Origin: Acidimicrobiia bacterium
GTDB taxonomy: Bacteria; Actinomycetota; Acidimicrobiia; Spongiisociales; UBA5794
Direction: 5' to 3'
NCBI GenBank assembly: GCA_051002015.1
Contig: JBPCMS010000034.1
Span: 1 to 62,013 of the forward strand
DNA: 62,013 nucleotides
Positions 54,139-62,013 of the stretch are shown piece by piece. Positions within the stretch are counted from its first letter, which is position 1; each line of letters starts with the position of its first letter. The translations under genes were made by a program, and so were the position numbers. The notes beneath the pieces were generated by a model. That model did not search any database. It worked only from the letters and a program-made list of their open reading frames with translations, and was not told the origin of the DNA.

Positions 54139-54598
54139 TCACCCCGGTGTCGAACCCGCCCAGGTGGAGGGCCCCGGAGAAGCGGGCGTGCTCGATCTTG
54201 AGGCAGCGGTCCTGTACCACCTGGAGCCCGGCGGCGATCGCCCTGCGGGCAGCCTCGTCGTGGCGGAGCCCGAGCTGCAGCCACACCACCTTGGCACCGA
54301 CCGCGATGGCCTCGTCCACCACCTCGGGGATGGCGTCGTGGCGGCGGAACACGTCGACGATGTCGGGCACCTCGGGCAGATCGTGCAGGCTCGGGTAGCA
54401 ACGGCGGCCCAGAACCTCGGGGTACGCCGGGTTCACCGGATAGGCGGTGAGCTCCGTCCGCACCAGGTAGCTGGCGACGAAGTTCGACGAGCGCAGCGGG
54501 CTGGCCGACACCCCCACCAGGGCGACGGTCCTGGCGTTCTGGATGATGCGGAGCCGGTCGCCGGCGGTGGCCTCGGGGACGGCGACGGCACCGGTCAC
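54110..54598 (-). CDS. CoA-binding domain protein (YccU/YneT-like)
   Basis: GTG 54596-54598 overlaps the metY stop (GTGA). Has ARTVALVGVSASPLRSSNFVASYL and DIVDVFRR. Confidence 0.8.
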   Translation of the reverse strand: MTGAVAVPEATAGDRLRIIQNARTVALVGVSASPLRSSNFVASYLVRTELTAYPVNPAYPEVLGRRCYPSLHDLPEVPDIVDVFRRHDAIPEVVDEAIAVGAKVVWLQLGLRHDEAARRAIAAGLQVVQDRCLKIEHARFSGALHLGGFDTGVISSKRRRPI

Positions 54599-55881
54599 CA
54601 CGCCGCCGTCTCCAGCGCCTGGGTCAGGTCGGCGACGATGTCGTCCACCGTCTCCAGCCCTACCGAGATGCGGATCATGTCGTCGCCGATCCCGGCCGCC
54701 TCCCGCTCGTCGGCAGGCACCTGCTGGTGGGTGGTCGACGCCGGGTGGATCACCAGGGTCTTGGCGTCGCCGACGTTGGCCAGGTGCGAGGCCAGCTCCA
54801 CCGACTCGATGAACCGCACCCCGGCCTCGAAGCCCCCATCGAGCCCGAAGGTGAAAACCGCTCCCGGCCCGTCGGGTAGGTAGCGGCGTGCCAGCGGGGT
54901 CCACGGGTTGTCGTCGAACACCGGGAAGCTGACCCAGCGCACCTCGGGGCGCTCCCGCAAGAAGCGGGCCACCACGGCGGCGTTGTCGGCGTGGCGCTGC
55001 ATCCGCAGCGGCAGCGTCTCCAACCCGAGCAGCAGCAGGAACGAGTTGAACGGCGAGGGGGCGGCTCCGATGTCGCGCAGCAGCTCGACCCTGGCCCGCA
55101 TCAGGTAGCCGTACTCGCGGAAGTTCTCCCAGAACATCAGGTCGTGGTATGCCGGCGACGGCTCGGTGAGCAGCGGGAACCGGCCGTTGTCGAACGGGAA
55201 GCGGCCCGACTCGACGATCACGCCCCCGATGACCACCCCGTGGCCGCCGATGAACTTGGTGGCGGAGTGGACCACGATGTCGGCGCCGTGCTCGATCGGC
55301 CGGCACAGGTAGGGGGTGGCGAAGGTGTTGTCGACCATCAGCGGGATGCCGTGGCCGTGGGCCAGCTCGGCGTAGGCGGCGATGTCGAGCACGTCGGCGG
55401 CCGGGTTGCCGATGGTCTCGCCGTAGAGCAGCTTGGTACGTTCGGTGATCGCCTTCTCCACCGCCCCCGGGTCGCCGAAGTCGACGAAGGTGACGTCGAC
55501 CCCCATCCGCCGCAGGGTGACGTCGAACTGGGTGAACGTCCCGCCGTACAGCGACTTCGACGCCACCACCTCATCGCCCTGCTGGGCCAGGGTGAGCACG
55601 GCGATGAGCTGCGCCGCCTGCCCCGACGCGGTGGCCACCGCCCCCAACCCGCCCTCGAGCGACGCCATCCGCTCCTCGAAGGCGGCGGTGGTGGGGTTGC
55701 CGATGCGGGTGTAGATGCTGCCGAACGTCTGCAGGGCGAACAGGTCGGCGGCGTGCTGGGCATCCTCGAACACGTACGACGTGGTGGCGTAGATCGGCAT
55801 CGCCCGAGCCCCGGTCTCGGGGTCGGGCCGCTGCCCGGCATGGATGGCCCGGGTGTCGAACCCGAACCGGCGGTCCTCCAT
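54595..55881 (-). CDS. metY: O-acetylhomoserine aminocarboxypropyltransferase (sulfhydrylase)
   Basis: ATG 55879-55881 (MEDRRFGFDTRAIHAGQ). The PLP-Lys motif is HSATKFIGGHG. The ORF-track extension to 56175 is read-through. Confidence 0.9.
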   Translation of the reverse strand: MEDRRFGFDTRAIHAGQRPDPETGARAMPIYATTSYVFEDAQHAADLFALQTFGSIYTRIGNPTTAAFEERMASLEGGLGAVATASGQAAQLIAVLTLAQQGDEVVASKSLYGGTFTQFDVTLRRMGVDVTFVDFGDPGAVEKAITERTKLLYGETIGNPAADVLDIAAYAELAHGHGIPLMVDNTFATPYLCRPIEHGADIVVHSATKFIGGHGVVIGGVIVESGRFPFDNGRFPLLTEPSPAYHDLMFWENFREYGYLMRARVELLRDIGAAPSPFNSFLLLLGLETLPLRMQRHADNAAVVARFLRERPEVRWVSFPVFDDNPWTPLARRYLPDGPGAVFTFGLDGGFEAGVRFIESVELASHLANVGDAKTLVIHPASTTHQQVPADEREAAGIGDDMIRISVGLETVDDIVADLTQALETAAW

Positions 55882-55993
55882 GGCGGAATGGTAGGTACCG
55901 TCTCGGGGCGCTCCGACCGAGCCGGCCGGACCGAGGAAACGAGGACGGAGGTCGTGCCCGCCGGCGGCATCACCGTGCGGTAGGCTCCGACCG

Positions 55994-56056
55994 ATGAACG
56001 GATGGAGGACCTTGACGTGGTGGTGGCGCACGCAGCGAGGTGCTCGCACGCCCTGA
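55994..56056 (+). CDS. trpL: trp operon leader peptide (20 aa, MNGWRTLTWWWRTQRGARTP)
   Basis: ATG 55994 to TGA 56054-56056. Four of the 20 codons are TGG, three of them consecutive (56018-56026). It lies directly upstream of trpE and is followed by a hairpin plus T-rich tail. Confidence 0.7.
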   Translation: MNGWRTLTWWWRTQRGARTP

Positions 56057-56084
56057 TCCGCTCCGACCACCCCACCTCGCCGCC

Positions 56085-56115
56085 AGACCTCCGCTTCCCG
56101 GAGGTCTTTGTCATT
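56085..56115 (+). terminator. Candidate trp attenuator terminator
   Basis: AGACCTCCG-CTTCC-CGGAGGTCT (56085-56107) is followed by TTGTCATT. An alternative 8-bp pairing, GCGAGGTG (56035-56042) with CACCTCGC (56073-56080), links the leader ORF to the region 5' of the terminator. Confidence 0.5.
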
Positions 56116-56136
56116 CCCAGAACCACTCGAGGACCC

Positions 56137-57343
56137 ATGACCCCCACCTCCGGCTGCGCGACGCGGGCAGGGCAAGCTTCCTGCTCGGGTCCGTTGAACG
56201 GGGCCGGCTGGGCCGCAACTCGTGGATCGGGGCCGGGGATCGCATCGCCACCCTCGACAAGGCCGCCGCCACCGGGCTCCCCGTGGTCGGCTACCTGGGC
56301 TACGACGCCGTCGCCGCGCTGGAGCCGACCGTGACGCTCCCCGCGGACGGGCACGGCTTCCCGGATAGCCGGGTGGTGGTCGCCGACACCCTGGTGCGGT
56401 TCGACCACGGCGCCGGGATCGCCGAGGTGCTCGCCGGCGACCCCGACGAGATCGTCGGCAGGCTCGACGGGGGTGTCCCGTGGCGCCGGGATCGCCGAGG
56501 TGTCGCCGGGCCGCTGCGCCGCCACCCGGGCCGGGAGCGTAATGAGGACATGGTGCGCCGGGTGAAGCGTCACATCGCCGCCGGCGACGTGTTCCAGTGT
56601 GTGCCGTCGCAGCGGGCGGAGCGCCCCACCTCGGCCACCCCGCTCGACATCTACCGGACGCTGCGCCGGGTGAACCCTTCGCCCTACCTCTGCCTGCTCG
56701 AGCTCGACGGGATCGCCCTGATCGGCTCGTCTCCGGAGCGGCTGGTCGCTGCCAAGGACGGAGTCGCCTCGCTGTGTCCCATCGCCGGGACCACCGACGC
56801 CTCGGACGGCGACGCGGCGCGGCTGCTCGGCTCGGAGAAGGAGCGGGCCGAGCACATCATGCTGGTCGACCTGGGACGCAACGACCTGTCCTGGGTCTGT
56901 CTCCCCGGCACCGTCACCGTCACCCGCTCGCTCGAGGTGGAGCGGTTCAGCCACGTCTCCCACCTCGTCTCCGAGGTGGTGGGCTCCATCCGCCCCGGGC
57001 TGTCGTCGCTCGACGTGCTGGGCGCCTGCTTCCCGGCCGGTACCGTCACCGGCGCCCCCAAGGTGCGGGCCATGCAGCTCATCTCGGAGCTGGAGGGGTT
57101 CCGCCGGGGCCCGTGCGCCGGGGCGGTGCTCTACCTGCTACCCGACGGGACCATGGACGCCTGCATCGCCCTGCGGACGATCGTCGTCGCCGACGGGATA
57201 GCCTACCTGCAGGCGGGGGCCGGGGTGGTGGCCGCTTCCGATCCCGCCGCCGAGCACGAGGAGTGCCTGCGCAAGCTGGCCGCCTTGGAGATGGCGATCG
57301 ACCGGGCCGAGGTCGAGTTCGCCCTGGCGGGGGCGGGTCGCTG

Positions 57344-57344
<1 letters not shown>
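56137..57344 (+). CDS. trpE: Anthranilate synthase component I (compact type), with apparent 1-nt frameshift just after the likely ATG
   Basis: The TrpE frame reads ..[30 protein letters not shown].., [29 protein letters not shown] and GAPKVRAM. This frame is open from 56040 (the ORF-track start), but that overlaps the leader and attenuator. ATG 56137 after GAGGA is one frame off. See the finding. Confidence 0.8.
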
Positions 57345-57918
<574 letters not shown>

Positions 57919-57922
<4 letters not shown>

Positions 57923-58852
57923 CCGGTTCGCCCATCGTCCTCCGGGCCATCGACACCCTGCTCGAGGGTGCCGACCTGTCGCGTGCGGAGTCCCGCAACG
58001 CCATGGACGAGGTGATGGAAAGCGCCGCCACCTCCGCCCAGATCGCCGGGTTCCTGGTGGCGCTGCGGGCGAAGGGGGAGACGGCGGACGAGATCACCGG
58101 GTTCGCCGAGGCGATGCGGGAGCGGGTGGTTGCGGTCACCCCCACCCGGGCACCGCTGATCGACGTGGTCGGCACCGGTGGCGACGGTGCCGGCACCTTC
58201 AACATCTCCACCACCGCCGCCATCTTGGCCGCCGCCGCCGGGGCCGCCGTGGCCAAGCACGGCAACCGGGCGGCCAGCTCGGACGCCATCCTGGTCGGAT
58301 CGACCCTGATGCGCGCCACCGATCCCGCCGCCGCCCTGGTCGAGCTGCTGGCCCGGCCCCTGGTCAAGGTGTGCGGGTTGACCCGACCCGAGGACGTCGC
58401 CGCCGCCGCTGCGGCCGGGGCCGATCTTGCCGGCTTCGTCCTCGTCCCCGACAGCCCCCGGGCCGCCGCCGTCGTGCTCCCGGTGCCCGAGGGGATGCTG
58501 TCGGTGGCGGTGTGGGTGGGGGAGCCGGGCACGAGCCCGGCCGATCTCGACCAGGTCCACGACCGGCGGGCGGGCGCGGTGCGAGGACCACGGGCCGACC
58601 TGCTCCGTGCCGGTCGCACCGTGGCCACCTTCGTCGACCGGGCCTGGGGTGCCGGTGGGAACGACCATTGGGCGGAGGCCGCAGCCACCGAGGGCAGAGT
58701 GGTGCTCGCCGGTGGACTCGGGCCCGACAACGTCGCCGACGCCATCGCCGCCGTCAACCCATGGGCGGTGGACGCCTCGTGGTCGCTGGAGCAGCCCCGG
58801 GGTGAAGGACCACGACCGGATCCGGGCATTCGTCGAGGCGGTGCGGCGATGA
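57919..58852 (+). pseudogene. Chimeric remnant: trpD N-terminal ~121 aa fused in frame to the last ~25 aa of trpC and a trpF-like domain (frameshifted near its end)
   Basis: TrpD motifs are present up to [29 protein letters not shown]. At 58282 the sequence switches to [19 protein letters not shown] (TrpC tail). It then reads [33 protein letters not shown] (TrpF). The TrpF end [19 protein letters not shown] is in another frame (stop 58850-58852). Confidence 0.75.
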
Positions 58853-59927
58853 GCCTCACCGAGACCTTCGGTCCCTATGGGGGGCGCTACGTCCCCGAAA
58901 CGCTGATCCCGGCGCTCGACGAGCTGGCCGATGCCTGGGCGTCCGCCCGAACCGACCCGGCGTACCTGGCCCAGCTCGACCACCTGGGCGCCACCTACGT
59001 GGGGAGGCCCTCCCCGCTGACTGCGGCGGATCGGTTCGCCCCCGACCGGCGTCTCTACCTGAAGCGGGAGGACCTGAACCACACCGGCGCCCACAAGATC
59101 AACAACGCCCTTGGCCAGGTGGTCCTGGCGGGGCGGCTGGGCAAGCGGCGGATCATCGCCGAGACCGGGGCCGGGCAGCACGGGGTGGCAACGGCTACCG
59201 CCTGTACCCGGTTCGGGCTCGATTGCGTGGTGTACATGGGGTCCGAGGACATGCGACGCCAGCGCCCCAACGTGGAGCGGATGGAGCTGCTCGGGGCAAC
59301 CGTGGTGCCGGTGGAGATGGGGACCCGCACCCTGAAGGAGGCCACCAGCGAGGCGATTCGCGACTGGATCACCAACGTCGAGAGCACCCATTACGTGATC
59401 GGGTCGTGCGTCGGTCCCTCACCCTATCCGGAGATGGTGGCGAGCTGCAGGCGGTGATCGGCCGGGAATCCCGTCGACAGATACTCGAGGCGTACGGATG
59501 GGAGCGGTTCGACGCCGACGCTCGCGCCGCCGGAGCCACCGGGTTCATCCTCGCCGACGTTCCCGCCGGGGTCCGCCCCGAGTTCCGCCGCATCCAGCTC
59601 GTCGCCCCCACCTCCACCGACGAGCGGATCGCCCTCGCCGCCGCCGACACCGATGGCTGGCTGTACCTGGTGACGGTCGCCGGCACCACCGGGGCCAGGG
59701 AGGCGCCGTCGCCGGCCCTCGCCGGTCTGGCTCGGCGGGTTCGATCGCTCACCTCGGTGCCGCTCTACGCCGGTTTCGGGATCTCCACTCCCGACCAGGC
59801 GGCCGCCGCCGCCTCGCTCACCGACGGGGTGGTGGTCGGATCCGCCGCCGTCACCGTCGCCGCAGAGGGCCCGGGGGCGCTCGCCGGGTTGGTGCGCTCG
59901 CTCCGCACCGCCATCGACGCCGGCTGA
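58849..59927 (+). pseudogene. Chimeric remnant: trpB N-terminal ~215 aa (frameshifted) fused to the C-terminal ~140 aa of trpA
   Basis: TrpB reads [43 protein letters not shown], then a stop in frame. The next frame continues [19 protein letters not shown]. At ~59499 it jumps to TrpA sequence (ERFDADARAAGATGFILADVP..LVAPTSTDERI..GWLYLVTVAGTTG..PLYAGFGIS..DGVVVGSA). Confidence 0.75.
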
Positions 59928-60119
59928 CACGCGATACCGGCGTCGCGCATCGTCAAGGGACGTCCATGCTCCACGTGATCGGCCCACTGTCGGCGCAAGT
60001 GGAGCCGGATCCATATACGAAGCCAAGCCCTGCCCAACAGCACAGGCGGTCTTCAGACCCTCGCCTCGAGACACCGGCGGGAGCAGCCACAGCCCACCAA
60101 GCGGTCCCGGTTTCGGATG

Positions 60120-60731
60120 TCACCCCCGGGGTTCCGGGAGGTCGTCCACGGCGGTGGTCTCGCCGATGAGCAGCAGGTAGCCGTCCTCGATCGTGGGCTC
60201 GATGGTGGTGGCGCCGTGGGGGGCGCCACCGATGTGGCGGTAGTGGCCGTCGCCGGTTCGCCACACCACCCGGGCCTGCGGATCGCGATGGCCAGCGACC
60301 CAAACCTGACCAGCGGCCGCTTCGACGAGCCGGCGCGGGGTGCCACCGAACACCACCCGTCCATGATCCAACACCAGTACCTGCTTGCACAGCGTGGCGA
60401 TGTCGTCGGTCTGGTGGCTGGACAGGAGCACGGTGCGGTCCTCGGCGAGCCGGGAGATGGTGTCACGGAACCGGAGCCGCTGCTCGGGATCGAGGCCGGC
60501 GGTGGGCTCGTCGAGGACGAGCAGCTGGGGATCGCCGATCAATGCCTGGGCGAGGGCGACCCGACGCCGCATACCCCCCGAGAGCGCCCAACTTTGCGTA
60601 GGTTGAGAACGGCGTCCCACACCAAGTTGGTCGGGCTCGGTTGCCAGCGCTGCCGGTCGGATCGCTCCCGCGATGCATACCGGGCCGTCCGCTTCGAGCG
60701 CATCCGCCGGCGCGACGTTGTATGAGTCCAA
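60120..60731 (-). pseudogene. ABC transporter ATP-binding protein remnant lacking the Walker A region
   Basis: Contains the signature LSGGMRRRVALAQAL, Walker B LLVLDEPTAGLD and an H-loop SSHQ plus a C-terminal domain. No GxxGxGKT/S is present in the ~45 residues preceding the signature. Confidence 0.65.
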
Positions 60732-60859
60732 GGGCGCAGCACCGCCCCAAGATTACGTGTAGTGTTCGTGCAGGTGGGTAGCTGCGGAAGAACAGCAGCC
60801 CTCAGCTCTCTTGCCAGCGAGCTGGTGGGCGGCGTCCAAGGTCAACCAGGGGGGTTGCG

Positions 60860-62013
60860 GTGGACAAGGGGTACGAGGTCTTCTGTCTTGTCGACCCGCT
60901 CTTCTACGACTCGCCCACTCTCCCCCGCGGTGACGACGTCGACTTCGAGATCGCTCGTGGTCCCGTTCCTGAGGGATGGGACCGCTCCCAGCTCGACGAC
61001 TGGCTGGTGTACCGGCCCGAAGGCCTCCCGTTCCCCTCCCAGGGATGGAAGATCCACGTGTCGGCCTGTCTGGACAACGCCGAGGCGGTCCTCGCCGTGG
61101 TGCACCAGTACTGCGTCCGGGCGCGGATCCCGTTCAAGTTCGTACGCAGCCGCCGGCTCCTGCTCCTCTGCAACGCCAAGTACGCGGATCGGGCGTCGAG
61201 CGGCAAGTTCATCGCCATCTACCCCGCCGACGACGCCGAGCTGAAGCTCGTGCTGACCGAGCTGGGCGAGCGGCTGGAGGGCCAGGCGGGGCCCTACATC
61301 CTGAGCGACCTGCGGTGGGGCGAGGGCCCGCTCTACGTCCGCTACGGCGGGTTCGCCGAGCGGTACTGCGTCGGCGCCAACGGGGAGATCGAGCCGGCCA
61401 TCGAGGATCCGACCGGGGCCCTGGTCCCCGACCAGCGTGGGCCCACGTTCAGCCCGCCGCCCTGGGTCCCGCTCCCGGACTTCCTCGCACCGCACCGAGC
61501 GGCGCGCGACCGCGCCACGTTCCAAGAGGTGCCGTACCGCATCGACGCCGCCCTGCATTTCTCCAACGGCGGCGGCCTGTACGCAGGCGTGGACCTGCGG
61601 ACCGGCGAACAGGTCGTGCTCAAGGAGGCACGCCCGTATGCCGGGCTGGCCACCGACGGGACGGATGCGGTGGTACGCCTGGCCAACGAGCGCGAGATAC
61701 TCGAGCGCCTGGCCGGACTCGACGTCGTGCCCGCCCTGCGCGACGACTTCGTCCTCGGGGAGCACCACTTCCTCGTGCAGGACCTCGTCGACGGTACGTC
61801 ACTGAGCGATCTCCTGGCCGACCGGTATCCTCTGGCGCTTCCGGAGGTTGACGGCGCCGCCCTCACCGAGTACACCGAGTGGGCCCTCGACGTCTGCGAC
61901 CGGGTGGAGCGGGCGGTCGCCGCCGTCCACGACCGGGGCGTGGTCATCGGCGACCTCCACCCGTCAAACGTGCTGGTCCGCCCCGACGGCGGCATCGTGC
62001 TGATCGACTTCGA
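60860..62013 (+). CDS. Class III/IV lanthipeptide synthetase (LanKC/LanL-type), N-terminal lyase and kinase domains; continues beyond window end
   Basis: Not in the ORF track because no stop lies inside the window. GTG 60860 after AGGGGGG. My translation is VDKGYEVFCLVDPLFYDSP..GWKIHVSA..ARIPFKF..SGKFIAIYP (lyase domain), then GGGLYAGVDLRTGEQVVLKEARP..HDRGVVIGDLHPSNVLV..LIDF (Ser/Thr-kinase-like). It is open to base 62013. Confidence 0.85.
   Translation, partial: MDKGYEVFCLVDPLFYDSPTLPRGDDVDFEIARGPVPEGWDRSQLDDWLVYRPEGLPFPSQGWKIHVSACLDNAEAVLAVVHQYCVRARIPFKFVRSRRLLLLCNAKYADRASSGKFIAIYPADDAELKLVLTELGERLEGQAGPYILSDLRWGEGPLYVRYGGFAERYCVGANGEIEPAIEDPTGALVPDQRGPTFSPPPWVPLPDFLAPHRAARDRATFQEVPYRIDAALHFSNGGGLYAGVDLRTGEQVVLKEARPYAGLATDGTDAVVRLANEREILERLAGLDVVPALRDDFVLGEHHFLVQDLVDGTSLSDLLADRYPLALPEVDGAALTEYTEWALDVCDRVERAVAAVHDRGVVIGDLHPSNVLVRPDGGIVLIDF

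Noticed and set aside
55882-55993. SAM riboswitch or other leader upstream of metY (minus strand).
   Set aside because: Only 112 nt separate the metY start from the divergent trp leader ORF. I could not find the conserved cores of the SAM-I or SAM-IV classes in the reverse complement. A repeated GGTCGGAGC is present but is insufficient evidence.
60762-61244. ORF 60762-61244 (+) as a possible lanthipeptide precursor upstream of or overlapping the synthetase.
   Set aside because: It is out of frame with and mostly overlaps the well-supported LanKC/LanL coding frame. It is 160 aa and lacks a Ser/Thr-Cys-rich core preceded by a leader-like region.

Overview
Very GC-rich, gene-dense chromosomal window with actinobacterial-looking gene content (taxonomy is inference only). 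I support about 60 protein-coding genes or gene remnants and found no rRNA, tRNA, CRISPR array, transposase or integrase.

Housekeeping genes:
- purF, purM, ilvD, metY, lnt
- Fe-S cluster proteins (mrp, HesB-type)
- an ALDH7-type dehydrogenase, an SDR and amidohydrolases

Most interesting loci:
1. A translationally coupled minus-strand operon (16371-31727). It encodes a SulP anion transporter, an oversized DUF2309/DabA, five NuoL/M/N-type antiporter-like subunits and a GNAT-AAA+ fusion. It lies divergent from an OmpR/HK pair. It looks like an expanded, undescribed relative of two-component DAB/MpsAB inorganic-carbon pumps.
2. A trp operon (55994-59927). It keeps a Trp-Trp-Trp leader peptide and attenuator hairpin. 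Its structural genes are decayed into an in-frame trpD'-'trpC-trpF chimera and a trpB'-'trpA chimera, with three local frameshifts.
3. A class III/IV lanthipeptide synthetase gene running off the 3' edge (60860 onward). It is absent from the supplied ORF track.
4. A carbamate-kinase / ATCase-like / two-PLP-enzyme operon with a divergent amidohydrolase.
5. Several families of structured intergenic repeats.
6. Three toxin-antitoxin-like pairs.

Many long ORFs in the track are antisense or off-frame shadows typical of high-GC DNA and were rejected.
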